Below, one piece after another: positions 1-9,208 of a stretch of DNA of 64,000 nt. Source of the stretch: Kofleriaceae bacterium (GTDB lineage: Bacteria > Myxococcota_A > Polyangia > Haliangiales > Haliangiaceae); NCBI GenBank assembly GCA_965215005.1, contig CBDCCZ010000014.1:96001-160000 (forward strand), read 5' to 3'. The number at the start of each line of letters is the position of its first letter. Within the stretch, counting starts at the first letter, position 1. The notes beneath the pieces are model-generated. The model saw only the letters and a list, made by a program, of their open reading frames with translations. It ran no database searches and was not told where the DNA came from. The translations under genes were made by a program, and so were the position numbers.

Positions 1-695
1 AAGCGCTCCTTCAGCTTCCCCTTGAGCGCTTCGACGTTGGCGAGAATTCCGTCGATGGATCCGAACTGCTCGAGGAGCTTGGTAGCGGTTACCTTGCCGA
101 CTCCTGGCATGCCCGGGATGTTGTCGATCTTGTCACCGACCAGCGCGAGCCAGTCGCCCACCTGCGCCGGGCCGACACCGAATTTTTTTTCGACCTGAGC
201 CGCGTCGTACTGAAGCTGCCGCATCGAGTCGACCTGCACGACGTGACCGTCGACGAGCTGCATCAGATCTTTGTCACCGGAGTAGAGCACCACGTCCCAC
301 TCCTGCGCCCGCGCCTTCTTGACCATCGTCGCGATCACGTCGTCGGCCTCGACGCCAGGCACAGCGATGACTGGCCAGCAGAACGCTTCGGTGAGCTCGC
401 GAAAATACGGCATCTGCACCCGCAGCTCTTCGGGCGTCTCGCGCCGGGTTGCTTTGTATTCACCATCGAGCTCATTGCGGAAGGTCTTGCCGGGAGCATC
501 AAACACGACCGCGATGCGATCTGGCTTCTCGTCGAGGTAGAGCCGGATGAGCATCTGCGCATAGACGTACAGCGCTCCCGTCGGCATTCCTCCCGAGGTT
601 GATAACCGCACCGCACGCCGATCGGCGCCACCCAGTAACGCAAAGTAGGCGCGGAAGATGTACCCGTAGCCATCGAGGATGTGGAGGCGCTCCAT
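1..695 (-). CDS. polA: DNA polymerase I, N-terminal 5'-3' exonuclease domain (runs off window edge)
   Basis: Manual translation from ATG at 695: MERLHILDGYGYIFRAYFA...AVVFDAPGKTFRNE...EYKATR...PGVEADDVIAT...SGDKDLMQL...LALVGDKIDNIPGMPGVGKVTATKLL, the classic Pol I 5'-nuclease motifs. Absent from the ORF track because it is open at the edge. Confidence 0.92.
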   Translation of the reverse strand, partial: MERLHILDGYGYIFRAYFALLGGADRRAVRLSTSGGMPTGALYVYAQMLIRLYLDEKPDRIAVVFDAPGKTFRNELDGEYKATRRETPEELRVQMPYFRELTEAFCWPVIAVPGVEADDVIATMVKKARAQEWDVVLYSGDKDLMQLVDGHVVQVDSMRQLQYDAAQVEKKFGVGPAQVGDWLALVGDKIDNIPGMPGVGKVTATKLLEQFGSIDGILANVEALKGKLKER

Positions 696-824
696 GGGTC
701 GCGAACGCTAGCACGAGGCTCTCCGCGCAAACGTCCTGCGGGAGCTGCCGCAGGGCGGTTGCAAGCGCGGGCAATTTTCGCGTCTCGGATCCCGCGGCGG
801 CTCGCGAGCGTTATAGTGACGCTC

Positions 825-2519
825 ATGAGGGGTAAGGGAAGGCAACGTTGTGCCTTGAGCGCGCGCGTTGCGGCAATCGCTGCCGCCATGCTCGTGCTCT
901 TGGGAGGCTGTAAAACGGAGAATGAGCGACGAAGGGAGGATTCGGCAGCATCGCGCCCAGACACCGTTGAGAGCGAACAAGGGCAGCGCGGCGGGCACTT
1001 GAAGCTGCCGTCGAACGAGCCGCGTTACCTCAACCCGGTGATCGAGACGCGCGCCGATCTTGCCAACACGCTCATTTTTGAAGGGCTGGTTGGGCTCGAT
1101 GCGCGCATGGAGCCGGTGCCACGGCTGGCGGAGTCGTGGGAGTGGTCCGGCGATGGCAAAACGCTCACGTTCCACCTCCGCAAGGACGTTCGGTGGCACG
1201 ATGGCAAGCCGTTCACCGCCAAGGACGTGGAGGCCACGTTCGCTGCGATCCGTTCGACTCAGGCGCAGACGCTGTGGAAGGCGTACATGAACCGCGTCGA
1301 ATCGGTGTCGAGCCCGGATCCGCATACGGTGGTGGTCACGTACAACGAGCCCTACGCCCCTGCTTTGGTGACGTGGACCGTTGGCATCATTCCCGCGCAT
1401 GTCTATGGCGAGGGCGCAGATGCTAGCGATTTGACCGCGTCGCCGGCGAATCGCCAGCCGACTGGCACCGGGCCCTACAAGCTCGGGCGCTGGGAGCTCG
1501 GCAAGCGCCTGATGCTCGAGGCCAATGACGACTGGTGGCACGGCCGCCCCAACATCGACTCGATCGAGCTGGTGATGGTCGACTCGGACGACGCGGCTAT
1601 CGAGAAGCTCACCAACGGCCAGCTCGACTTCGCCCGTATCGACTCGATCGAGGACTGGAGCAACACCGCCCAGCTTCCCGAGTTTCGCGAGCGCTTCGAG
1701 GTCTCGGATGTGCTCGAGGCGCGCTTCCGGCTGCTGGCCTGGAACACGCAAAAGAAACCGTTTGCGGATCCGCGCGTACGGCAGGCGCTCACGTATGCGC
1801 TCGATCGCGGGCGCGTGATCGAGGAGGTTCTGCTCGGGCAAGCGCGACCACTTTCGGCGCCGCTCTTTCCCACGATGCTCGGCGCCGACCCCAGCATCGC
1901 TCCGCAGCCGTATGACCCCGAGCGCGCCAAGGGCCTGCTCGAGGAAGCCGGTTATCCGGACCGAGACGGCAAGCGCTTTGCCGTCTCGATGATCGCACTC
2001 GACGCGCAGAGAGGTCCAATCGCGAATCAGACCATGGCCATCTTGCGCAGCAACCTCGACGCGGTCGGCGTTGCCCTGGCGGTGGACTATTTGCCCACCC
2101 GCGAGTTCTTTCGCCGCGTGTTGGCGCGGCAGTTCGATGCTGCCTACTTCGGCTGGTTGCCCGACATTCCCGATCCGGATCCGTACGCGCTGCTGCACTC
2201 GAGTCAAATCGGCTCCGGGTCGAACTATGCGGGCTATTCCGACGCGGAGGTCGACGACCTGTTGGAGAAGGCTCGCGGCACGTCGGATCGCGAAGCGCGC
2301 AAAGCGCTGTATCATCAGCTGCATCGCCGCCTGGCCGAGCAGGTGCCGTACACGATGCTCTACGCGCCCTACGGGCACTATGCGTGGAATCGCCGAGTGC
2401 GGGCGGTCAATCCCGCCGACGTCGGGCCGATGGCGCGCTTTCCCGGCATTGCCAGGTGGTGGATTCGCGGTGCCCGCTCCAGCCCGGTGACCGCGAAACC
2501 GGTGGTGCCCAAAGAGTGA
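825..2519 (+). CDS. ABC transporter substrate-binding lipoprotein, peptide/nickel family 5
   Basis: Lipobox LLGGC; motifs IFEGLV...PRLAESW...TFHLRKDVRWHDGKPFTAKDV, GTGPYKL, FADPRVRQALTYALDR. Start chosen at the ATG 7 nt after TATAGT. Confidence 0.9.
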   Translation: MRGKGRQRCALSARVAAIAAAMLVLLGGCKTENERRREDSAASRPDTVESEQGQRGGHLKLPSNEPRYLNPVIETRADLANTLIFEGLVGLDARMEPVPRLAESWEWSGDGKTLTFHLRKDVRWHDGKPFTAKDVEATFAAIRSTQAQTLWKAYMNRVESVSSPDPHTVVVTYNEPYAPALVTWTVGIIPAHVYGEGADASDLTASPANRQPTGTGPYKLGRWELGKRLMLEANDDWWHGRPNIDSIELVMVDSDDAAIEKLTNGQLDFARIDSIEDWSNTAQLPEFRERFEVSDVLEARFRLLAWNTQKKPFADPRVRQALTYALDRGRVIEEVLLGQARPLSAPLFPTMLGADPSIAPQPYDPERAKGLLEEAGYPDRDGKRFAVSMIALDAQRGPIANQTMAILRSNLDAVGVALAVDYLPTREFFRRVLARQFDAAYFGWLPDIPDPDPYALLHSSQIGSGSNYAGYSDAEVDDLLEKARGTSDREARKALYHQLHRRLAEQVPYTMLYAPYGHYAWNRRVRAVNPADVGPMARFPGIARWWIRGARSSPVTAKPVVPKE

Positions 2520-2601
2520 GAAGCGCTGCACCGGCCGCAGCGGATGCATCACGAGGATGCGCGCTGCGGCGGTTCTAGAGTCACTAGCCGCTTGTCTCAC
2601 G

Positions 2602-3303
2602 TCAGTTCCTGCGCCGAGTGCGGCGATGCTTGGCTGGTCCGACTCGGCTTTGCAAAAGCGCATCCCGAATCAGCTCATGCGCTGTGATTCCCAGCAGCTC
2701 GAGACACTGCTCGGTTTCTTCACTGCCGAGCTCGTCGTTGGCAAAGCGCAGGAACGCCCGCAGCTCTTGCACCACGCACGGAACGTCGGCAAGGGCGATC
2801 GGCATCCACTCAGGCAGCACATACAGTAGCGCCCATTCAAAAACGTCCCGTTCGATCTGATGCGGCTCGCAATGGCACCATCCGCCGATCTCGAGGAGCC
2901 GCTCGGTCCAGCACAGGTCATAACCGCGCTCGTCGAGCTCGCGATAGGCGCGCGAGCGACGGAACTGCGCTACGACGCGTTCACGATTCTTGACCGCGCG
3001 CGTGTTCCAGTAGCTCGCCATCGACGGCGAGCGCAGCCCGTGCGAGAGCGCCACCTCGCTCACCGGCCAGCGATCGTCGCGGTGATCGTTCCAGAGGAAG
3101 AGAGCCACGCCCAGTCCGGCGCCTGTGCAGTCGGCAAACGGGCATCTATGGCCTTCCACGCGCGAGTCACGCCGTAGATGCCGGGCCTGGAAGAAACGCT
3201 CACACTCGCGGCACCACAGCCAGCACTGCGCGGGATCCTCCCGGCTGGCGAGGCGCGCGGCCACTGATTCGAGTGGCTCCAGCTCCATCACGGTCGTATG
3301 CAT
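2602..3303 (-). CDS. Hypothetical protein with N-terminal Cys-rich (CxxC...CxxxxC) zinc-ribbon-like segment
   Basis: 233-aa ORF with WCRECERFF and RCPFADC; fills the gap between flanking genes. Confidence 0.6.
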   Translation of the reverse strand: MHTTVMELEPLESVAARLASREDPAQCWLWCRECERFFQARHLRRDSRVEGHRCPFADCTGAGLGVALFLWNDHRDDRWPVSEVALSHGLRSPSMASYWNTRAVKNRERVVAQFRRSRAYRELDERGYDLCWTERLLEIGGWCHCEPHQIERDVFEWALLYVLPEWMPIALADVPCVVQELRAFLRFANDELGSEETEQCLELLGITAHELIRDALLQSRVGPAKHRRTRRRN

Positions 3304-3684
3304 GACACCCCCGCAATTGCAGCCGCTGATCCAGCGCTAACCACCCGAATCTACGCGGCGTCCGTCCGCCTCAGCGGACACCCGGCCGGCTAACCGGACA
3401 CGAGCGGGTCATACTCCGGACGCCGTCCGGTTGCTTCTGCCGAACAAGGGTGAGCCTGACATGCCCCGCGGCCACTCGAACGTCACCGGGCATACCCGCA
3501 GCATTGCCGCCACCAGCCCGGCCCGCGATACGCCTCTCGGAGCTCAATCCAGCGAGCGGCTAGTATTGCATCTCACGTGACGGCACGCGGCCGTTCGCCA
3601 CGCGCAGAACCATTGTGACACGGGGTGAGCGGCAGGCTTGGCCCCCGCGAGCACGCGTGCACGCGGCTAGCCCATCAGATTAGC

Positions 3685-3700
3685 TGGCCCGTCGCTTGCT
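3685..3700 (+). promoter_or_regulatory. Putative sigma54 promoter
   Basis: TGGCCC-GTCGC-TTGCT matches the -24/-12 consensus just upstream of the kinase ATG at 3718. Confidence 0.55.
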
Positions 3701-3717
3701 CTTCCAGCTGAGCAACC

Positions 3718-5169
3718 ATGCAGCTTGAAGTCGCCAGCAGCGAGTCCTTCTGCCCACAGTGCGGCACGGCGTCGGGGCGGTGCCAATGCGCTCCTTCCCG
3801 CGGCGGCACCCTCGACCGTTTTGGCACCGCGTTCGCCCCGCCGGCGCCGCGCGCAGAGGCTTCCGAGTTGCCGATTGGTCACGTCTTGGGGTCCTATCGA
3901 CTCACGGCTCGCCTCGGCGAGGGCGGAATGGGCGTGGTGTACGCGGCTGATCATTTGATGCTGCCGCGAACGGTCGCGATCAAAGTACTTCGCCCCGCGT
4001 ATCGCAGGAATCCGGAGGCCGTGGCCCGACTGCTTGCGGAGGCGCAAGCGGTCAACCTGATTTGCCACGACCACATTGTTGAGATCTATGACTTCGTCGC
4101 CGACCCCAGCGGCCCGAGCTATCTAGTGATGGAGCTGGTCGCCGGGGAGCCCCTTCTCGATGAGCTCGAGCGGGAGGTTTGCTTGCCGGTGCGGCGGGTC
4201 ATCGACATCGGCCGGCAGATTGCCGATGCAACCCGCGCGGTGCATGACGCCGGCATCGTTCACCGCGACCTCAAGCCAGAGAACGTGCTACTCGTGGCCG
4301 CGGACGAGGCGCCGGTATTCGTCAAGCTGCTCGACTTTGGCATCGCCAAGGTCGCGGAAGAAGGCCGGGCGCAGTCGCCCCTGCCCGAGTCCCTCCTGCC
4401 GACCACCCAGCACGGAATGGTCGTCGGCACGCCCGATTATATGGCTCCGGAGCAGGCGCGCGGCCACGCCGTCGATGCCCGCGCCGACATCTTCGCGCTC
4501 GGCGTGATGCTCTACGAGATGCTCACCGGAATGCGGCCCTTCCAAGGCGACAGCTTGCCGGAGCTCATGACAGCGATCGAGTGTCGGACGCCCATCGCGC
4601 CCTCGTACCTGCGGCGTGACGGGGACGAGATTCCACCGGAGCTCGAGACGTTGGTGTTGCGTTGCCTTGCGCCTGAGCCAGACGAGCGGCCGGCATCGAT
4701 GCACGAGGTCCATCGGATCTTGCAGAGTCTGATAGAACCGCCGACGCCCGCTCCCGAGCCACCCCTGATGCAGCGTGCCTTGACTCATCGCGCCGCGATG
4801 ATCGCCGGCGCGGTGGCGGTGTTGATTCTCACGGTCGGTTGGGGAGCGCATCGCCACAATGGGGTGCGCGAGGCGTCTGCGCTGGAAGCGCCGGCCGTGC
4901 AACCGCTAGCCGCAGCCGACGCCGTGCGGGCGACCCGTGAGCGGGCCCTCGCCGCACCGGCCGATGCTCGTCGCAATCCGGTGCCGGTGAGCAAGCGCCC
5001 GGTCATCGAAGCGCGCTCCACGTCGAGCCGTCGAACGCAGGCAAAGGCGAACCCGCAGGCCAAGGCGCAGGTGCCAGCCACGAGTCGCCAACCGGTTGCC
5101 AAGCGGAAACATCCGCCGCTTCGCCGCGAAGTTCTAAAAGATGCCGTGCTCGACCCCTTCAGCAAGTGA
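3718..5169 (+). CDS. Membrane-anchored Ser/Thr protein kinase
   Basis: LGEGGMGVVY, VAIKVL, HRDLKPEN, DFGIAK, GTPDYMAPE, DIFALG; one TM helix; C-terminal LDPF tail. Confidence 0.93.
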   Translation: MQLEVASSESFCPQCGTASGRCQCAPSRGGTLDRFGTAFAPPAPRAEASELPIGHVLGSYRLTARLGEGGMGVVYAADHLMLPRTVAIKVLRPAYRRNPEAVARLLAEAQAVNLICHDHIVEIYDFVADPSGPSYLVMELVAGEPLLDELEREVCLPVRRVIDIGRQIADATRAVHDAGIVHRDLKPENVLLVAADEAPVFVKLLDFGIAKVAEEGRAQSPLPESLLPTTQHGMVVGTPDYMAPEQARGHAVDARADIFALGVMLYEMLTGMRPFQGDSLPELMTAIECRTPIAPSYLRRDGDEIPPELETLVLRCLAPEPDERPASMHEVHRILQSLIEPPTPAPEPPLMQRALTHRAAMIAGAVAVLILTVGWGAHRHNGVREASALEAPAVQPLAAADAVRATRERALAAPADARRNPVPVSKRPVIEARSTSSRRTQAKANPQAKAQVPATSRQPVAKRKHPPLRREVLKDAVLDPFSK

Positions 5170-5394
5170 CGCCGGCATGCTCACCTCGCGCACCGAGGCA
5201 CCCCGCACGGTGCTTTCTTCCCGGCGTCGTGAGCCGTGACGCACCCGCCTCCGTCACGCTGATTGCGACCCCGCCTCGCTTGCACCGCCACGACCCCGAC
5301 GTCACCATCGCAAGCGTCCGTCATGTGAATGCGATCTCGCTCTCGCTTGCGGGCTAATCGTCTTCCTAAGCGTTTGCTTCTTATAATGTGAACC

Positions 5395-5991
5395 GTGCCG
5401 CGTCGGCTCTACCTCATGATCATGCTCACGATGCTCGGCCCCGTTGCCACCGCTCGCGGCGATACGGCCCCGCAATCGGAAGCCGCGCCCGCCGCGCCCG
5501 AGCCCGCCGCGCTCGAGCGCGCCAAAGAGCTCACCCGCCGCGGCGCAACCCATTACGCCCTGGGCCGATTTGCCGCCGCACGTGCCGATTATGCCGCCGC
5601 TTACGAGCTGGTTGCCGAGCCGGCGCTGCTATTCAACATTGGTCAATGCTATCGACAGCTCGGCGACCCGTCGCAAGCGCTGTTCTTCTATCGCGGCTAT
5701 CTCCGCGACGCCCCAGCCGCTGAGAACCGTGTGCTGGTAGAAGAATTGATCACCGAGACCGAGGCGGAGCTGCGCGCTGAGCGCGAGCGTTCGTTGGCGG
5801 TGACGCAGGATCCCGCGCCCCCACGCAGCGACCTGGTGACGCAATCGCCGGCGCGCCCGTTCTATCGCCAGTGGTGGTTTTGGGGCGCCACAGCCGCCGT
5901 TGCGACCGCCACCGCGATCGTGGTGGTGGCTCTCAGCGACTCCACTGAGACCCTGCCAACGGGCTCTTTGGGCACGGTCGATTACCGATGA
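5395..5991 (+). CDS. TPR-containing exported/membrane protein
   Basis: Signal peptide, TPR (AAYEL...PALLFNIGQCYRQLG), RPFYRQWWFWG-TM segment typical of myxobacterial TPR proteins. Confidence 0.8.
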   Translation: MPRRLYLMIMLTMLGPVATARGDTAPQSEAAPAAPEPAALERAKELTRRGATHYALGRFAAARADYAAAYELVAEPALLFNIGQCYRQLGDPSQALFFYRGYLRDAPAAENRVLVEELITETEAELRAERERSLAVTQDPAPPRSDLVTQSPARPFYRQWWFWGATAAVATATAIVVVALSDSTETLPTGSLGTVDYR

Positions 5992-6959
5992 TGCCGCGCT
6001 GGTCGACAGTGTCCCTGCTGCTGCTGGGATGCCTGCTTAGCGCGCTCAGCTGCGGTGCGGACGATGACTACAGCGGCGTGCTGCTCACGGTCCGCTACGA
6101 CCCCAGCATGACGCTCGAGCAGCTGGAAGTGAGCGCAACGACTCCCGGCGGGCAAGCGTTGCCGGCCAGCAGCATTCCGTCGCGGCCGCGCCCTCTAGAT
6201 CCCAACGGCGAGACCGTCGTGCTGCTGTTGGATGCGGCGCTCAGCGGCGAGCAAGTCGAGCTCACCGTCGCGGGTCTCTCAGGCGGAATGGTTCTCGCCG
6301 AGAGTCACGCCTCCGTTGCTCTCGCGCGCGGCCAGTTGATGCCGCTGATGGTCGAGCTCACGACCATGTCCAGCTGCGGCGACGGCGTCTGCAGCGCCGC
6401 CGATGGAGAAACCGGCTGCACCTGCGCGACCGACTGCACCGCGCCCTGCGAGCCCGACGAGCCCGACGAGCCCGACGAGCCCGACGAGCCCGACGAGCCC
6501 GACGAGCCCGACGCCTGTAGCGAGCGCTGCGACCGCTGCGGCGAGGGCGATTGCTGCAGCCAAGACTGCGGCGAGGCCGCGTGCACGGTGCGCTGCGCCG
6601 CCGGCTGCGAGTGCGCCGCGGCATGTGCCGTAGACGGCACCTGCGATTGGCGCTGCGAGTCGACCTCGTGCACGTTCGGCTGCGTGGGCGCTCAGCAATG
6701 CGCGGCCCAGTGCGCCGCAAACAGCGAGTGCGTTCTCGACTGCACCGGCGCCAAAAACTGCCGTGCCGACTGTGCACCGGGCTCGCGCTGCGAGATCACC
6801 TGCCGCGGCACCGACAAGTGCGACAAGGTTCGATGTGCCGACGGCGCCGCATGTCTGCTCGACTGCACCGATGCCAAGAAGTGCGGCTTCGAGGAATGCG
6901 CCGCGGGCGCCCAGAGCTGCGCCGACGGCCGGCTCGCGTGCGGCACTTCGTGTCCGTGA
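5988..6959 (+). CDS. Cys-rich lipoprotein
   Basis: Lipobox ALSC, CGDGVC motif, long run of Cys-spaced repeats; ATGA overlap with the upstream TPR gene. Confidence 0.75.
   Translation: MMPRWSTVSLLLLGCLLSALSCGADDDYSGVLLTVRYDPSMTLEQLEVSATTPGGQALPASSIPSRPRPLDPNGETVVLLLDAALSGEQVELTVAGLSGGMVLAESHASVALARGQLMPLMVELTTMSSCGDGVCSAADGETGCTCATDCTAPCEPDEPDEPDEPDEPDEPDEPDACSERCDRCGEGDCCSQDCGEAACTVRCAAGCECAAACAVDGTCDWRCESTSCTFGCVGAQQCAAQCAANSECVLDCTGAKNCRADCAPGSRCEITCRGTDKCDKVRCADGAACLLDCTDAKKCGFEECAAGAQSCADGRLACGTSCP
6450..6512 (+). repeat. 9-bp coding tandem repeat (GAGCCCGAC)x7 encoding (EPD)7 linker
   Basis: Seven perfect copies read directly. Confidence 0.95.
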
Positions 6960-7119
6960 GCGGCTCATGCTCCTGCTGCGGCACGAGTCGCAAATCCCAG
7001 TCGCGCTCGCAACCACTCATGGATGCCGGGGCCGAGGTTGGAGACTCCGCGTGGGGTGTGGGCTCCCTATGTGCCACCGCCGACGCTTCGTAAGCAGGCG
7101 ACTTTCCACGAGGGGCGCG

Positions 7120-7135
7120 TGGCATGGCGGTTGCT
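7120..7135 (+). promoter_or_regulatory. Putative sigma54 promoter
   Basis: TGGCAT-GGCGG-TTGCT, about 40 nt upstream of the ATG at 7175, which has a GGGGAG RBS. Confidence 0.65.
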
Positions 7136-7174
7136 CTGCACCAGATGGGACCGTTTCTGCCTCCGGGGAGCATC

Positions 7175-8431
7175 ATGAGATACCGCTACGGCGACGCCAC
7201 GCCCTTTCCGCTCGACGAGAACTTCATCGACACCATCGTTGCGGCAACTGACGCGTGCGTGGCGCTGTTTGAAGCCGACATGCACGCGGCGGAGCGTCGC
7301 CGACATGCCGATCGGGTCAAAACCCAAGCCGCCGAAGAGATCAAGCGGCTGTCGGTGCTCGAAAAAGCGGTCGCTGCGGCCGTGGCGCCGATGAAACCCA
7401 ATGGCCGCGCCGAGCGCGTATCGCAAGCGGCGGCCGCGAAGATCGCCCACAGCGCCCACACCCAGATCAAACACGCGCACGCGCAAGTCACCAAGCGGCG
7501 GGATGCGGCGATTCGCGCGGCCATTGGCGAGGAGCTGCCGCTGCGCATCCGCGACGCGATGGAGAAGTTCCTGCTCGCGTTTCAGCTACCGCAGACGCGG
7601 TGGGCGATCGCCTGGCAAGGTGGCTCGCAAGCGGGCGAAGCGCGGGTGCGCGCCCGTTCGAGCAGCGCCGGCGATCTGCACGCGGCCTTCGATATCGGCC
7701 TGCCCCCCGACACCGCGTGGAATGGTCCGCTGCGGGTGAGCGAGCTCGATGACGACTTCTACCTGCGCCTCAAGCTCGGCGGCGGGCTGTTGTCCCGCAG
7801 CTCCGAGCGGATCGAGCGCATGTGGCTCACCGAAGCAGAGGTGAGCGCGGATCGCGATTGGTTCGTGGTGCGTCGCAGCGCCAAGAAGCCCGCGCCCGGC
7901 TACGAGATCGTCATGCGCAGCCCGGATCAGAGCGTTCCCATTCTCTACGCCATCGACGAGCGCGGCGAACGCCAAGGCAAAGCGATGACGGTCGATGGCG
8001 ACGGCGCCGTCGCCCTCGCCAGCCTTTGGAACATCATCGAGCGCGGCCTGCGCGCGACCCTGGGGCATCGCAGCCACCTCGCCGACGCCCGCCTCGGCGA
8101 CCGGGCGGTGACCGCCATCGACGAGCCCGCGGAGCTCGCAGAAGCCATCTTGATGACGCTTGCGCCGATCGTCCGGCAGATGCGCCTGCGCAGCAAGGTT
8201 CCCGGCGAGTTGGTGCTGAAGCGCGACCTCGGCGACGGTCGCCGCGAAGAGTTGTTCGTGCCCCGACAAGAGCTCGAAGCGCGATTTTCGCGACTGCCGT
8301 ACAAGTACCGCGCCTCGTTCGAAGCGGCGGGCATCGGCGGCGAGGCGACCCGCGAGTTCGTCTCGCGCAAGGTCGAGGTATCGGCCGTCGCGTCCACCGG
8401 TGACGACGACGAAACCAACGCCGCAGCCTGA
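7175..8431 (+). CDS. Hypothetical protein, N-terminal coiled coil
   Basis: Long ORF with GC3-biased codons, RBS GGGGAG, start MRYRYGDATPFP; no recognised family. Confidence 0.7.
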   Translation: MRYRYGDATPFPLDENFIDTIVAATDACVALFEADMHAAERRRHADRVKTQAAEEIKRLSVLEKAVAAAVAPMKPNGRAERVSQAAAAKIAHSAHTQIKHAHAQVTKRRDAAIRAAIGEELPLRIRDAMEKFLLAFQLPQTRWAIAWQGGSQAGEARVRARSSSAGDLHAAFDIGLPPDTAWNGPLRVSELDDDFYLRLKLGGGLLSRSSERIERMWLTEAEVSADRDWFVVRRSAKKPAPGYEIVMRSPDQSVPILYAIDERGERQGKAMTVDGDGAVALASLWNIIERGLRATLGHRSHLADARLGDRAVTAIDEPAELAEAILMTLAPIVRQMRLRSKVPGELVLKRDLGDGRREELFVPRQELEARFSRLPYKYRASFEAAGIGGEATREFVSRKVEVSAVASTGDDDETNAAA

Positions 8432-8446
8432 ATCGGCGCGCCTCCG

Positions 8447-9208
8447 CTAACCGAGCACGCCGTCGCGCCCAGTGAGTGCCGAGGTGACCTCGCAAGCGAT
8501 CATCTCCGCCAGCCGCTCGAGCTGCTCACGACCTTCGGCAGCGGTGGCGGCCGCGGGGGCGCCGGCGTAGGCCTCCTCGAGCCCCATGGCGGCGAACGTG
8601 GTCACGCCCGCGCGAAGCTTCTCCGAGAGGCTGATGGGCACCTCGGGCAACGCGCGGCGCAGCGCATCGCGCACCGCAGCGGGCGCGGCCGCCATGACAA
8701 TCGAGGTCTCGTAGCGACCGGCGTGACACGCGCCGCTCTTGAACTCGTCGGAGAGCGTCGCCGCCCAGCGACGCGAAAGTGGGCATGCGACGCTGGCGCC
8801 GGCCTCGGCAGCCGCCGAGCGCACCGCCTGGTCCTGCGCCGGCTCGAGATGGTTATTGACCAGGCACACGTGATCGGCACCCGCACGATAAAATCCCGCG
8901 ATCACGGCGCATAGGAAGCCAACCAGTGCCTCGCTCGCCACGCTCACCGCACCGGCAAAGCCTTCGGCGCAGTCGGTCACGCCATAGGGAATGGCCGGGG
9001 CGATGCGGGCGAGGATTCCGTTCTCTTCAAGTCCTTCCGCGGCGCGCTCGCACGCGCTCACCGAGATAATTGCGTCGGTGTACAGCGGCAGATGCGGCCC
9101 GTGCGGCTCGACCGAGCCCAGCGGCTGCAAGATGACCAGCGGGCGAGCATCGGCCAGCAGAGCGGCAATCTCGGGGCTGGTGAGGGTGGCAAGGTCGTAG
9201 CGGCTCAT
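8447..9208 (-). CDS. Creatininase-family amidohydrolase
   Basis: PLGSVEPHGPHLPLYTD, NNHLEP, CHAGRYETS motifs; start MSRYDL overlaps the ligase stop. Confidence 0.88.
   Translation of the reverse strand: MSRYDLATLTSPEIAALLADARPLVILQPLGSVEPHGPHLPLYTDAIISVSACERAAEGLEENGILARIAPAIPYGVTDCAEGFAGAVSVASEALVGFLCAVIAGFYRAGADHVCLVNNHLEPAQDQAVRSAAAEAGASVACPLSRRWAATLSDEFKSGACHAGRYETSIVMAAAPAAVRDALRRALPEVPISLSEKLRAGVTTFAAMGLEEAYAGAPAAATAAEGREQLERLAEMIACEVTSALTGRDGVLG

Noticed and set aside
708..2663. Long antisense/alternative-frame ORFs (also 25079-27157, 42247-43506, 44170-45354, 18512-19564)
   Set aside because: Shadow ORFs expected in high-GC DNA opposite genes with clear motifs.
3304..3684. Possible ncRNA or riboswitch in long intergenic regions (also 5170-5380 and 45560-45790)
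   Set aside because: They are GC-rich with weak hairpins but match no family I recognise; an Rfam/Infernal search would be needed.
6450..6512. EPD repeat as a phase-variation switch
   Set aside because: The unit length is a multiple of three and lies in a linker, so copy changes would not alter the frame.
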